A DNA stretch of 61,358 nucleotides from positions 1-61,358 of the forward strand of contig JAEZHL010000313.1 of the NCBI GenBank assembly GCA_023416575.1. The letters are read 5' to 3'. The notes below the pieces were generated by a model. That model was not told the DNA's origin, made no database searches, and saw only the letters and a list, made by a program, of their open reading frames with translations. Every line of letters begins with the position of its first letter. The stretch's first letter is position 1. The stretch is from Pseudomonadota bacterium. Lineage in GTDB: Bacteria > Pseudomonadota > Alphaproteobacteria > Rhizobiales > Hyphomicrobiaceae. The position numbers and the translations under genes were made by a program. Shown one piece after another: positions 51,018 to 60,438 of this stretch.

Positions 51018-51896
51018 TTAGCTCTGCATGCCCCACTTCCTCACCGTGATGACCTCCAGGTTGCGGAAGATCAGGTTTTCGACGAGGAGTCCGATCAGGA
51101 TCACCGAGAACAGGCCGGCGAACACGGAGGGAATGTCGAGCTGGTTCTTGCTCTCGTAGATGTACCAGCCGAGCCCGCCCTTGCCGGAGCTGGCCCCGAA
51201 GACGAGCTCAGCCGCGATCAGCGTGCGCCAGGCGAACGCCCAGCCGATCTTGAGCCCGGTCAGGATGCTGGCGAAGGCAGCCGGGATCAGGATCTTGAAC
51301 ACGAACCGCATGCCGGTCAGGCCGTAGTTGCGCCCCACCATGCGCAGGGTGTTGGAGACCGCACGGAATCCCGAGTGCGCGTTGAGGGCGACGGCCCACA
51401 GCACCGAATGCACGAGCACGAAGATGATGCTCTTGTCGCCGAGACCGAACCAGATCAGCGCCAGCGGCAGCAGCGCGATGGCCGGCAGCGGATTGAACAT
51501 CGAGGTCAATGTCTCGAGCAGATCGTTGCCGATCCGGGTCATCATCGCCAGTGCGGTCAGCCCGAGCGCCAGCGCCAGACCCAGCGCATAGCCTTGCATG
51601 AGCAAGCGCACCGAGTTGACCGCCTTCTCCGGCAGTTCACCCGACGCGATCGCGGCAAGGAACGTCCGCAGCGTCTCGAAGAACGTCGGGATCAGCAGCG
51701 GATTGTTGAGGTGGCGCGCATAGAGCTCCCAAGCGGCCGCGATCGCGACGAGCAGGATCGTCTTGCGGAACGCACCGTTGTCGTACAGTCGCTCCCACAG
51801 GCTCAGCGGCTTCTCGACGACGCCGAAATTCTGGTTCAGCGGCCCTTCCTGGACGTACTCGGGACGCGCGGCGGGCTGGATGGCGGCATCAGTCAT
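51018..51896 (-). CDS. ABC transporter permease (NitT/TauT family)
   Basis: NPLPAIALLPLALIWFGLG, GLKIGWAFAWRTLIAAE. Confidence 0.93.
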   Translation of the reverse strand: MTDAAIQPAARPEYVQEGPLNQNFGVVEKPLSLWERLYDNGAFRKTILLVAIAAAWELYARHLNNPLLIPTFFETLRTFLAAIASGELPEKAVNSVRLLMQGYALGLALALGLTALAMMTRIGNDLLETLTSMFNPLPAIALLPLALIWFGLGDKSIIFVLVHSVLWAVALNAHSGFRAVSNTLRMVGRNYGLTGMRFVFKILIPAAFASILTGLKIGWAFAWRTLIAAELVFGASSGKGGLGWYIYESKNQLDIPSVFAGLFSVILIGLLVENLIFRNLEVITVRKWGMQS

Positions 51897-52692
51897 GAAC
51901 AGGCCCTCCCGCCTCGATCTGATCGGCAAACAGCATTCGTTGGATACGCTCCGAAAGCCTGAGACCGGTTTCGGGATCGACCGCATCGCTGCCGTCGCTG
52001 TTGAGCTCGGCCTTCACCTGGCCCGGATGTGGCGACAGCAGCAGAATGCGGCTGCCGATGCGGACGGCCTCGGGAATCGAGTGGGTCACGAACAGGACGG
52101 TGAACCGGGTCTCCTCCCAAAGTTGCATCAACTCATCCTGCATACGCCGCCGGGTGAGCGCATCGAGGGCCGCGAACGGCTCATCCATGAGCAGCACGTC
52201 CGCTTCCATGGCGAGCGCGCGCGCGATGGCCACGCGCTGCTTCATGCCGCCGGAGAGCGTGTGCGGGTAGCTGTTGGCAAATTTGGCGAGGTTGACCTTT
52301 GTGATCGCCTGCATCGCCTTCTCCTCAGCAGCCGCTCCCTTGAGGCGGCCCGAGGCTTCGAGGGCGAACATTACGTTCTTCTTGACGGTCTTCCATGGCA
52401 GGAGCTGATCGAACTCCTGGAACACCATGACGCGATCAGGACCCGGCTTCTGGATCGTCTGACCCTTGAGCTTCATCGTGCCTTCGGTCGGCTGCATGTA
52501 GCCGCCGATGGCCTTCAGGATCGTCGACTTGCCGCATCCGGAGGGCCCCAGCACCACATAGCGCTCGGAGGGCATGACGTCGAAGCTGACCCGATAGGTC
52601 GCCGTCACCAGATGATGCTTGGTCTTGTACTGCAGCGTCACGCCGTCAACTGACAGAAGCGGCGTCGACAGTGGCGCATTCCGTGGACTCAC
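51889..52692 (-). CDS. ABC transporter ATP-binding protein (NitT/TauT family)
   Basis: GPSGCGKST, LSGGMKQR, LLMDEPFAALD; GTG start after GGAGA. Confidence 0.94.
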   Translation of the reverse strand: MSPRNAPLSTPLLSVDGVTLQYKTKHHLVTATYRVSFDVMPSERYVVLGPSGCGKSTILKAIGGYMQPTEGTMKLKGQTIQKPGPDRVMVFQEFDQLLPWKTVKKNVMFALEASGRLKGAAAEEKAMQAITKVNLAKFANSYPHTLSGGMKQRVAIARALAMEADVLLMDEPFAALDALTRRRMQDELMQLWEETRFTVLFVTHSIPEAVRIGSRILLLSPHPGQVKAELNSDGSDAVDPETGLRLSERIQRMLFADQIEAGGPVHD

Positions 52693-52745
52693 AGAGCGAA
52701 TCTCCCGTGGGTCGAGGCGGCACAACGGCCGCCTCGGCCAAATAC

Positions 52746-53738
52746 TTATTGGGCTTCAGGGAACAGCAGCTCTTTGCCGCTGGTCGGCTTGTTCTTGAAG
52801 TTGCCGGTGCGGGCCATGAACTGAATCATGCCGTCGATGGGAGTGACCTTTGCGGTGAACTGGTGCTCGGGATCGTTGAGCAGCTCCAGGACTTCCTCGA
52901 TCGGCGCCTTGTCCTTCGAGATCTTCAGGTAGGTCTCGGCCGCGAGCTTCTTGTCCTTGTTGACGATCTCGGTCGCCTCATGGAGCGCGGCGATGAAGGC
53001 CTTGTAGACCTTCGGGTTCTGCTCACGGAACTTGGCCGTCGTTGCAACGACGTTGAAGGAGAACGGCGAGCCCATGATGTCCGTCGACGTCATCAGCCGG
53101 CGGATGCCCGGGGTTTTCCCCTGACGGTGCTGGAACGGCACCGACGAGAAGTTGGCGGTGACATCCTTGTTGCCGGTGATCATCGCAATGGTCGCATCCG
53201 GATGCGACATCGTGACGGTCAGGTGATCCAGCTTGGTGTGATTGCCGGGGCCGAACTCCTTCTCGGCCGCCATCTGCAGCAGAATCGCCTGGTTGGAGAC
53301 CTTCACGGCAGGGACCGCGATGCGGTGCTTCTCGTTGAAGTCCTTGAGGCTCTTGATGCTGTCGTCACGCACCATCAGCGCCAGCGGGAGCGCGTTGAGA
53401 CCAGCGGCACCCCTCACATCGATCGAGCCCTTGGTGCGGTCCCAGATCGTCATCAATCCCGGAACGCCGAGCGAAACGAAGTCGACGTTGCCCGAGATCA
53501 GGGCGTCGTTCATCACGTCGGAGGAGCGGAAGGTCTTCCACTCGACGTTGATATCGCCGAGTCCAGCCGCCTTCGCGTGCTTCTGGACGAGCCCCTGGTC
53601 CTCCATGATCATGTACTGGACGTAGCCGAGCCCGAACTGCTTGGAGGCGCGGAGTGTCGTGACTTCTGCAGCGGCCGGTTGGCCGTGCGCGAGTGCGAAA
53701 AGGGCGGCGACACCCGCCACCAGCAGGCCTCGTTTCAT
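52746..53738 (-). CDS. ABC transporter substrate-binding protein (NitT/TauT/SsuA-like)
   Basis: Signal peptide after AGGAGG; MNDALISG, IAVPAVKVS.QAILLQ, HPDA. Confidence 0.92.
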   Translation of the reverse strand: MKRGLLVAGVAALFALAHGQPAAAEVTTLRASKQFGLGYVQYMIMEDQGLVQKHAKAAGLGDINVEWKTFRSSDVMNDALISGNVDFVSLGVPGLMTIWDRTKGSIDVRGAAGLNALPLALMVRDDSIKSLKDFNEKHRIAVPAVKVSNQAILLQMAAEKEFGPGNHTKLDHLTVTMSHPDATIAMITGNKDVTANFSSVPFQHRQGKTPGIRRLMTSTDIMGSPFSFNVVATTAKFREQNPKVYKAFIAALHEATEIVNKDKKLAAETYLKISKDKAPIEEVLELLNDPEHQFTAKVTPIDGMIQFMARTGNFKNKPTSGKELLFPEAQ

Positions 53739-53838
53739 AGATTTCCTCCTTGAGACTAGCTCCCGTTGATTGTCCGGGATTGTGCTTGGGGCTGACTCGA
53801 AGGTCAACCTTGGTCGAGTGCCTAAAAAAACTCTGTTC

Positions 53839-54330
53839 TCAACGCTTTGGCGTCTTGAAGTGCCGGCTCAGAACCTGGTCGCCAGGGCGCAGCCCGAGCC
53901 GCTGAGCGGCGCCGCCAGCAAGCTCCAGCACCGCAGTTACCGGGCCTTTCGAGGCAATCGTGCGCTCCGACAACGGCTCCGTGCGCTCCTCGATCCGATG
54001 GACGATGCCATCCTCGCGAATGAAGACCATGTCGAGCGGAATAAGTGTATTGCGCATCCACATGGTCACTTCCTGCGGCGCGCCGTAGGGGAAGAGCATG
54101 CCGGTGCCCTCGGGGACGCTGCGGCGGAACATCAATCCCAACGACTTCTCCTCGAGCGTCTCCGCGACCTCGATGTCGATCTTGTGCTCCCCGGTCGCCG
54201 TCACCAGAACCAGCGTTTCCCGGCGCATCTTGGCCTCAGTCGATGGGACGGCAGCGATCATGGCGACCACTGCCGCCAACAAAAAAATCAGGACCGCCGG
54301 GAAGGCGGCCCTGTTCGCAATGGGCCACAA
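53839..54330 (-). CDS. DUF192 family protein
   Basis: EVA.T...SLGLMFR...GMLF...MWMRNTLIPLDMVFI...VLELAGG; start uncertain. Confidence 0.9.
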   Translation of the reverse strand: MWPIANRAAFPAVLIFLLAAVVAMIAAVPSTEAKMRRETLVLVTATGEHKIDIEVAETLEEKSLGLMFRRSVPEGTGMLFPYGAPQEVTMWMRNTLIPLDMVFIREDGIVHRIEERTEPLSERTIASKGPVTAVLELAGGAAQRLGLRPGDQVLSRHFKTPKR

Positions 54331-54349
54331 ACGAGAGATTGGCGACCTC

Positions 54350-54979
54350 TCAGTGCTGCGACGGCAGCCCCGACGTGGGGCCATCGGGGCGCAGCTCGGC
54401 CGCCATGCAGCCCTTGTAGCCGTGTCCCCAGCGCACTTGCACGATCTGCCCGGGCCGGAGCTCGGTGAAGCCGAACCGGCGCAGTGTCTCCATGTGCACG
54501 AATACGTCAGGAGTACCCTCCCCGCGTGTCAGGAAGCCGAACCCGCGGACGCGGTTGAACCACTTCACCATCGCCCGCTCCCAGTCGCTTTCGGCTTGTA
54601 CCACGACATGGGTCCGCTGCGGGAGCTGCGATGGATGAATCGCGGTGCTCTCGTCCATGCTGAGGATACGGAACGCCTGCAGCCCCTTCGGCCGGCGCAG
54701 CACCTGGCAATGAACCCGGGCGCCCTCGTAGGCCGTCTGATAGCCGCCAGCCCTCAGGCAGGTGACGTGCAGCAGCACGTCTGCATGACCATTGTCGGGG
54801 ACGATGAAGCCATAGCCCTTGGAAGCGTCAAACCATTTGATCGAGCCAGCGATCTCGAAGACGTCAAGACCACCGATTTCATCGAGTGACTGGAGCTGAT
54901 CCAGGGCGCCGCTGCCCTCGATGAGCATCTGTGCCAAATCTGTCTGATCGGGAGGTAGTTTGTTATCCCCCATCATCAC
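54350..54979 (-). CDS. Cold-shock protein with two CSD domains
   Basis: KWFDASKGYGFI...DVLLH and KWFNRVRGFGFL...DVFVH. Confidence 0.94.
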   Translation of the reverse strand: MMMGDNKLPPDQTDLAQMLIEGSGALDQLQSLDEIGGLDVFEIAGSIKWFDASKGYGFIVPDNGHADVLLHVTCLRAGGYQTAYEGARVHCQVLRRPKGLQAFRILSMDESTAIHPSQLPQRTHVVVQAESDWERAMVKWFNRVRGFGFLTRGEGTPDVFVHMETLRRFGFTELRPGQIVQVRWGHGYKGCMAAELRPDGPTSGLPSQH

Positions 54980-55114
54980 ACCCCGCTACTTGGGTTTACG
55001 TCGCTACATTGCTCGCCTACCGGATCAGGTTCGCGTCAGAGGCCCTCTCCGCCGAACCCGCTCTCTAGCAAGCGCCACAAAATGTAACATCGCGGACGCG
55101 AGAGCCATAAGGAA

Positions 55115-55129
55115 TTTACCTTCCTTTAA
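55115..55129 (-). promoter_or_regulatory. Putative CtrA box
   Basis: TTAA-AGGAAGG-TAAA (one mismatch to TTAA-N7-TTAA) in an AT-rich region upstream of the csp gene. Confidence 0.45.
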
Positions 55130-55550
55130 TCTCCGTGTCGGGAATACCTCCTCATGTAGAACTCTAAGAACCATTCATAAATATCGGATAAAACAAAGGA
55201 ATTATCCCCTCGATAGAGCCTGTTTGATGCTAGTTTTCCCCTGTGGGTCCAGCGCATCGGTTGTTAAGCCGCCCACAGTTGTACACGGGCTGGTGCCTCC
55301 CGAATCACGCAGATTGATTCGGCCAAAACTGCGCGCTCGTACAGCGCCTTCGGTCGATTCGGCAAAATGCGCAGTTCCCTGCCGATCCACGATCTGTCCC
55401 CAGCAGTGCACCAAGCTCATGGACAACTCGCCGCCGCATATCGTTGCCGCTCCGTCTTGACATGCTGAAAATGCCGTAAGGACGGGCTTGTGCGCGACCG
55501 CCGCGGCGCGTATGTCACGAGGCACAGCCTTGATCCGACGCGGAGGCGAT

Positions 55551-55991
55551 ATGCGTTATCTCCACACTATGGTGCGAATCAGCAACATCGAGCAGAGCCT
55601 CGACTTCTACTGCGGCAAGCTGGGCCTTGAGGAAGTGCGCCGAGTCGAGAACGAAGCTGGGCGATTCACCCTCATCTTCCTCGCGGCTCCCGACGACCAG
55701 GCGCGCGCCGAGGCAGAGCGGGCACCGCTCATCGAGCTCACCTATAACTGGGACCCGGAGGAGTACGGCTCTGGCCGCAATTTCGGCCACCTCGCCTATG
55801 AGGTCGACGACATTTATGCGACGTGCGACCGCCTGATGAAGTCGGGCGTGACGATCAACCGTCCACCACGCGACGGGCGCATGGCGTTCATCCGCTCACC
55901 CGATGGCATCTCGCTGGAGCTGCTGCAGAAGGGCAGCTCACTGCCGAAGCAGGAGCCCTGGGCCTCGATGCCGAACACGGGTACGTGGTAG
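55551..55991 (+). CDS. gloA: Lactoylglutathione lyase (glyoxalase I, VOC family)
   Basis: [44 protein letters not shown]. Confidence 0.92.
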   Translation: MRYLHTMVRISNIEQSLDFYCGKLGLEEVRRVENEAGRFTLIFLAAPDDQARAEAERAPLIELTYNWDPEEYGSGRNFGHLAYEVDDIYATCDRLMKSGVTINRPPRDGRMAFIRSPDGISLELLQKGSSLPKQEPWASMPNTGTW

Positions 55992-56028
55992 ACCGCCGAT
56001 CGGCTGCCGGGACCGGGGAGGGTCATCC

Positions 56029-56205
56029 ATGGATGAAGGTTCCAAAGACGCGATGGCCGTGAGGGTGGCGTCACGAGTCGCCACCTCCCATGCGCGCTCC
56101 GCGCGTGGCGCGAAGAAGAAGGCCTCCGGCTCGCTGGTGCTCACGGCACTGGTCGTGCTCGCCGTGCTGATCGGCATGCTCGTACTGATGGTAAAACTTG
56201 CGTGA
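56029..56205 (+). CDS. Small protein with C-terminal TM helix (58 aa)
   Basis: GGGGAGG RBS; basic stretch then hydrophobic C-terminus. Confidence 0.55.
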   Translation: MDEGSKDAMAVRVASRVATSHARSARGAKKKASGSLVLTALVVLAVLIGMLVLMVKLA

Positions 56206-56313
56206 GGGACGCCGGCGAGAGCCTCAAGCGGCACCATCACCACTGATGAGACGATGAAGGCGAGGCGGAGCGGCTGTCACCGCAACAGGGTCCGCCTCGC
56301 GTCCTGGGCACTG

Positions 56314-56634
56314 CTACCTCAGGCGGGCGTCTACGCATCGACCAAGCGCATTCGACCAGTAGTAGAATTCTCCGCAATCACCTCCATTACCCGGCGCCGC
56401 GACACCTGGCGGGCTGAAGTAGGACGCGCCCGGCCGATAGGCTCTCGCGCGGGGCTGCGGCGGGATCCAGTTGTAGTTCGGATCGGTCGGCGAGGTGTAG
56501 AAGGTGTATTGATCCTCGATCCCGAACCAACCCTCCCAAGTGGGTTTGCCAAACTCACTCTGCGCCATCGCACCCGGCGCAGCGATGGACGCCGACCCGG
56601 CAAGGGCCAGCACACCGATCATCCATTTCCGCAT
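56314..56634 (-). CDS. Small secreted hypothetical protein
   Basis: GGAGG RBS, signal peptide (AMA|Q), C-terminal CGEFYYW...CVDAR Cys pair. Confidence 0.75.
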   Translation of the reverse strand: MRKWMIGVLALAGSASIAAPGAMAQSEFGKPTWEGWFGIEDQYTFYTSPTDPNYNWIPPQPRARAYRPGASYFSPPGVAAPGNGGDCGEFYYWSNALGRCVDARLR

Positions 56635-56664
56635 CTAAGCGACCTCCATGTTGAGTCGCCTGTT

Positions 56665-56689
56665 AACGACACCCGGTAGGAGTGGTTCC
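56665..56689 (-). promoter_or_regulatory. EcfG/SigT promoter
   Basis: GGAAC-N16-CGTT on the minus strand, 30 bp upstream of ATG 56634. Confidence 0.8.
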
Positions 56690-56918
56690 GGATTCGGAAT
56701 GCGGCGGATTCGGCCGATTTTGGAAGGGAATCAACGCGGCTGGCGGATCATGCGCGCGCCCGGCAATCGGTGCTCTGCCTTGCTACGCCGCCAGCACCCT
56801 GTCGGCCGTCAGCTCTCGGAGGCGCAGCTTGGGCATCGACGCGACGTGCCCTGAGAGCATCGAAATGAGAGCGCCGCGATCGCATCTGGCCCGACGCGAT
56901 CGCGAGACCCGCTGCATC

Positions 56919-57770
56919 TCACTTCGCTTTGGCAACGCGCGCCCGCGCCCAGGCCGATGCGATCTCAGACAGCATGACCAGCAGCACGATCGATACCAGT
57001 ACCGCTGCAACACGCTGGCTCTCGAGCTGCTGCACGTAACGCTGCAGGTACCAGCCCATGCCGCCCGCACCGAAGAAGCCGACGACAGTGGCCGCGCGGA
57101 ATGCGACGTCCCACGTGTAGATCGCGATTCCCGTCCAGGCCACGCGAACTTGCGGCAGCACCGCGTAGACGAACACCTGCAGCTCATTGGCGCCGCTCGC
57201 CCGGATGGCTTCGACCTGGCCCTTGTCGATCGCCTCGATCTCCTCGGACATCAGCTTGCCCGCAAAGCCGATACAGAACAGCGTCAGTGCCAGGGCGCCG
57301 GCAAGCATGCCGAACCCGAGAATGCTGACGAGCAGAATCGTCCAGATCATCTCGTGCACGGCCCGGCAGCCCATGATGGCGAGTCGGCCAAGCGGGTAGA
57401 GAAAACGACGGTTGGGTGACAGATTGAAAGCGGCGAACCATGCCAGCGGTGCCGCGAACAGCAGACCGAACAGCGTGCCGAGATACGCCATCTGCATCGT
57501 ATCGAGGATCGCCTGCAGATAACGCGGCTCGGCGATGACGCTCAGCTCGGGTGGATAATAGCGGTCGTAGATGAGCGCGCCGAAACGTTGGCCAAACTCG
57601 AGCAACCGCTCGAGCCGCACATCCAAGTAGACCAGGGACACGCCAAGGAAGGTGAGGATCGCAAGCTGCACCCCGAACGCGATGAGCGTATCGGGATAAC
57701 GAAAGCGTGACCAACTCCGCCGTTGGATCGGTTGCCCGCCGCTGGGCATATGTGTCGCCACGTCTCGCAT
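56919..57770 (-). CDS. phnE: Phosphonate ABC transporter permease
   Basis: RAVHEMIW...GKLMSEEIE.ID...EAIRASGA...R.ATVVGFFGAGGMG. Confidence 0.92.
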   Translation of the reverse strand: MRDVATHMPSGGQPIQRRSWSRFRYPDTLIAFGVQLAILTFLGVSLVYLDVRLERLLEFGQRFGALIYDRYYPPELSVIAEPRYLQAILDTMQMAYLGTLFGLLFAAPLAWFAAFNLSPNRRFLYPLGRLAIMGCRAVHEMIWTILLVSILGFGMLAGALALTLFCIGFAGKLMSEEIEAIDKGQVEAIRASGANELQVFVYAVLPQVRVAWTGIAIYTWDVAFRAATVVGFFGAGGMGWYLQRYVQQLESQRVAAVLVSIVLLVMLSEIASAWARARVAKAK

Positions 57771-57773
57771 CTG

Positions 57774-58616
57774 TCAAATCACTGCCTTGCGTGCGTAATA
57801 GGAGATCGCCTCGCCCAGGATGATGAGCAGCAGGATCGCCAGGATGACCGTCGTCACGCCTGGATAGTTGAACATCACCATCTGACGGTGGAAGGTGAGG
57901 CCCAGTCCGCCGGCGCCGACGAGGCCCATGATCGCCGAGCGGCGGATGTTGATGTCCCATTCGAAAATGATGACCCCGATCGTCGCCGGCAGAACTTGCG
58001 GGACGATGCCGTAGCGAAGGACCTGGAGCCGGCTGCCACCAACCGCGCGGATGGCCTCGATCGGCTTCGGATCGACGTTCTCGATGGCCTCCGCCACGAT
58101 CTTGGCGATAAATCCGATCGAACGCATGGCCAGCGCCAGAATGCCCGCCAGCGATCCGAGCCCGACTGCTGAAACGAAGACGAGCGCCCAGACGATCTCG
58201 TGGATCGAGCGGCTGAGCGTCATCGCGAGCCTGCCGATCGGATAGGCGATCCAACGCGATGGCGTGATGTTGAGGGCGCCGAGCCAGATGACGGGGATGC
58301 ACAGCAGCGCGCCGAGCGTGGTGCCGAGAGCCGACATCATCAACGTTTCGAGAATGGGCTCGATGAGATGCGGGATGAGCTCCCAATCGATGGCAAGGAA
58401 ACGGCCGATCGATTCCAGCACGGCACCGAGCGAGCCCATGCGGGCCCAGTCCGTATCGACGACCAAGATGTTGAACAGGCAGACCACCGCAAGTAGGGCG
58501 AAAACGCCTACGAAGGATGCGGTGCGCATGCGTGAGCTGCGGCGCCGGCTCTCCACCGCGAGCACTCTGCTGTCGATCAACTCGCTGCCGGTGGCACCCG
58601 CGACAGCCATGATCAC
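57774..58616 (-). CDS. phnE: Phosphonate ABC transporter permease
   Basis: RSIHEIVWALVFV.AVGLG...EAIE..D...WDINIRRS..MGLVGAGGLG. Confidence 0.92.
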   Translation of the reverse strand: MIMAVAGATGSELIDSRVLAVESRRRSSRMRTASFVGVFALLAVVCLFNILVVDTDWARMGSLGAVLESIGRFLAIDWELIPHLIEPILETLMMSALGTTLGALLCIPVIWLGALNITPSRWIAYPIGRLAMTLSRSIHEIVWALVFVSAVGLGSLAGILALAMRSIGFIAKIVAEAIENVDPKPIEAIRAVGGSRLQVLRYGIVPQVLPATIGVIIFEWDINIRRSAIMGLVGAGGLGLTFHRQMVMFNYPGVTTVILAILLLIILGEAISYYARKAVI

Positions 58617-59365
58617 AGGACCTCCATGGCATAGATCGTATCGAGCATCTTGCGGTCGAGGTTTGCCGTCGGTCCGTCGAACATCTTCACGCCGTCCTGG
58701 AGCCCGATGATCTTGTTGCAGAATTCCGTCGCAAGCTGCACGTCGTGGATATTCACGAGCGCCGGCACGTTGAACTCGCGCGCAACGTCGCGAATGAGGG
58801 TCATGACCTCGCGCGAGATCTTCGGGTCGAGACTGGACGTCGGCTCGTCAATAAGCAGCAGCTTCGGATCCTGCATCAGTGCCCGCGCGATACCAACGCG
58901 CTGGCGCTGTCCGCCCGAGAGCTGATCCGCGCGCTTATCCACGTGGTCGGACAGGCCGACCCGATCGAGCAGCGTCAGTGCACGCTCGATATCGGCGCGC
59001 CCGAACAGCTTGAACAAGCTCGGCAGCGTACCGACCGATCCGAGCCGCCCGGACAGCACATTGTCCATCACCGACATGCGGTTCACCAGGTTGAACTCCT
59101 GGAAGATCATGCCGATGTTGCGGCGCGTTTCGCGCAGCCGGCGATTGGACATGGTCACCACGTCCTCGCCGTAGAGCAGAATGCGGCCGGACTCCGGCTG
59201 CACCAAGCGATTGATGCAACGGATCAGCGTCGACTTCCCCGCGCCGCTCGGCCCGATCACGGCGCAGAAGTCGTCCGCGTCGATTTTGAGGCTGACGCCT
59301 TTGAGGATTTCCGCTCCACCGCGCGCATAACGCGCTCTGAGCTCCTGGACCTCGAGTATAGGCAC
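58613..59365 (-). CDS. phnC: Phosphonate ABC transporter ATP-binding protein
   Basis: GPSGAGKSTLIRCINRL, NVLSGRLG, LSGGQRQRVGIARAL, DEPTSSLDP. Confidence 0.94.
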   Translation of the reverse strand: MPILEVQELRARYARGGAEILKGVSLKIDADDFCAVIGPSGAGKSTLIRCINRLVQPESGRILLYGEDVVTMSNRRLRETRRNIGMIFQEFNLVNRMSVMDNVLSGRLGSVGTLPSLFKLFGRADIERALTLLDRVGLSDHVDKRADQLSGGQRQRVGIARALMQDPKLLLIDEPTSSLDPKISREVMTLIRDVAREFNVPALVNIHDVQLATEFCNKIIGLQDGVKMFDGPTANLDRKMLDTIYAMEVL

Positions 59366-59399
59366 TGCGATACCGCTTCAGTTAAGCCGGGAAAATTGG

Positions 59400-59424
59400 G
59401 GGCGGTCAGCCTGGCCGACCGCCC
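59400..59424 (-). other. Stem-loop after phnD (mRNA stabiliser or partial terminator)
   Basis: GGGCGGTCGGC-CAG-GCTGACCGCCC followed by CCAATTTT. Confidence 0.6.
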
Positions 59425-59447
59425 GCTCGAGTCGAATAGGCCGGGCC

Positions 59448-60350
59448 CTACTTCTTCTTGTTTTCCTCGGCCTTCCGCAAATCACGGATGAGGTCGTAGT
59501 CCTCCGACTTCATCGGCACGAACTTGACCGAGTTCAGGTTCGCGAGAAATTTCTTGGCGCTTTCCTCGTTGTGCAGGTTGAGGAAGGTGTCCCGGATCTT
59601 CTGCTTCAGCCCGTCGCAAAGCTGGCTGCGGTACGTGAACGGATCCTGCGGAACGAGGCGCGATTTCCACAGCACCGCGAAATCCTCTGCCTTCACGAGC
59701 CCGCGCTCGATCACGTTGTCGAGACGGTGGGTCGCCACGAACGCCGCGTCGGCCTTGCCCTCGCTGACGGCGACCGCCGACTTGTCGTGGCTGCCGCTAT
59801 AGACGACCTTGGAGAAGTAGCCTTCGAGCTCCCCGCCGCCGATCTCCTTCGAAAATTCTACGCGCGGCATCAGGTTGCCGGACGTCGAGGCCGGGTCGGC
59901 GAGCGCTACGACAGTGCCCTTGAGGGACGCAATGTCCTTGAACTTACCGTCCTTCTTGACCACCAGGACGGCATGATAGCCAGGCCCCTCTTCCTGGAAG
60001 ATGCCCTTGGCCTTGGCATAGGTCGCGAAGACCTCGATGTTCTTGCTCTTCTCGTTGCCGATCACATACGAGTTGGGGCCGTGGACGGCGACGTCGACCC
60101 AGTTGCCGAGCATCGCCTCGATCACCGAGGCGTACGAGGTCGGCATGTAGAATTCGACCTTCTTGCCCGTATTCTTCGACAGGAGATCGACGACTGGCTT
60201 GTAGAGTGCCAGCTCCTGCATCGTCTCTTCAGTGGGGATGATCGAGAACCGCAGCGCTTTGGGGTCCTCGCATTTATCCTGCGCAGACGCGGCGCCCGTC
60301 GCGCACAGCAAGGCGGTTATGGCAGCGGTAACAAGAGTCCTGAACTTCAT
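59448..60350 (-). CDS. phnD: Phosphate/phosphite/phosphonate ABC transporter substrate-binding protein
   Basis: Signal peptide after GGAGG; SYASVIEAM, DPASTSG.LMP, GSHD. Confidence 0.92.
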   Translation of the reverse strand: MKFRTLVTAAITALLCATGAASAQDKCEDPKALRFSIIPTEETMQELALYKPVVDLLSKNTGKKVEFYMPTSYASVIEAMLGNWVDVAVHGPNSYVIGNEKSKNIEVFATYAKAKGIFQEEGPGYHAVLVVKKDGKFKDIASLKGTVVALADPASTSGNLMPRVEFSKEIGGGELEGYFSKVVYSGSHDKSAVAVSEGKADAAFVATHRLDNVIERGLVKAEDFAVLWKSRLVPQDPFTYRSQLCDGLKQKIRDTFLNLHNEESAKKFLANLNSVKFVPMKSEDYDLIRDLRKAEENKKK

Positions 60351-60438
60351 GGCATTCCTCCATCTGTGTTGATGTCCGGCGTAATTTGAGCTCGCCGGCT
60401 TCTGGTTAGGCTTCGTGTATTGTGGCCTGATGACGTCT

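Noticed and set aside
54960..55525. ORFs 54960-55460 (+) and 55202-55525 (-) in the csp-gloA spacer
   Set aside because: No RBS, atypical composition, no motifs; treated as non-coding.
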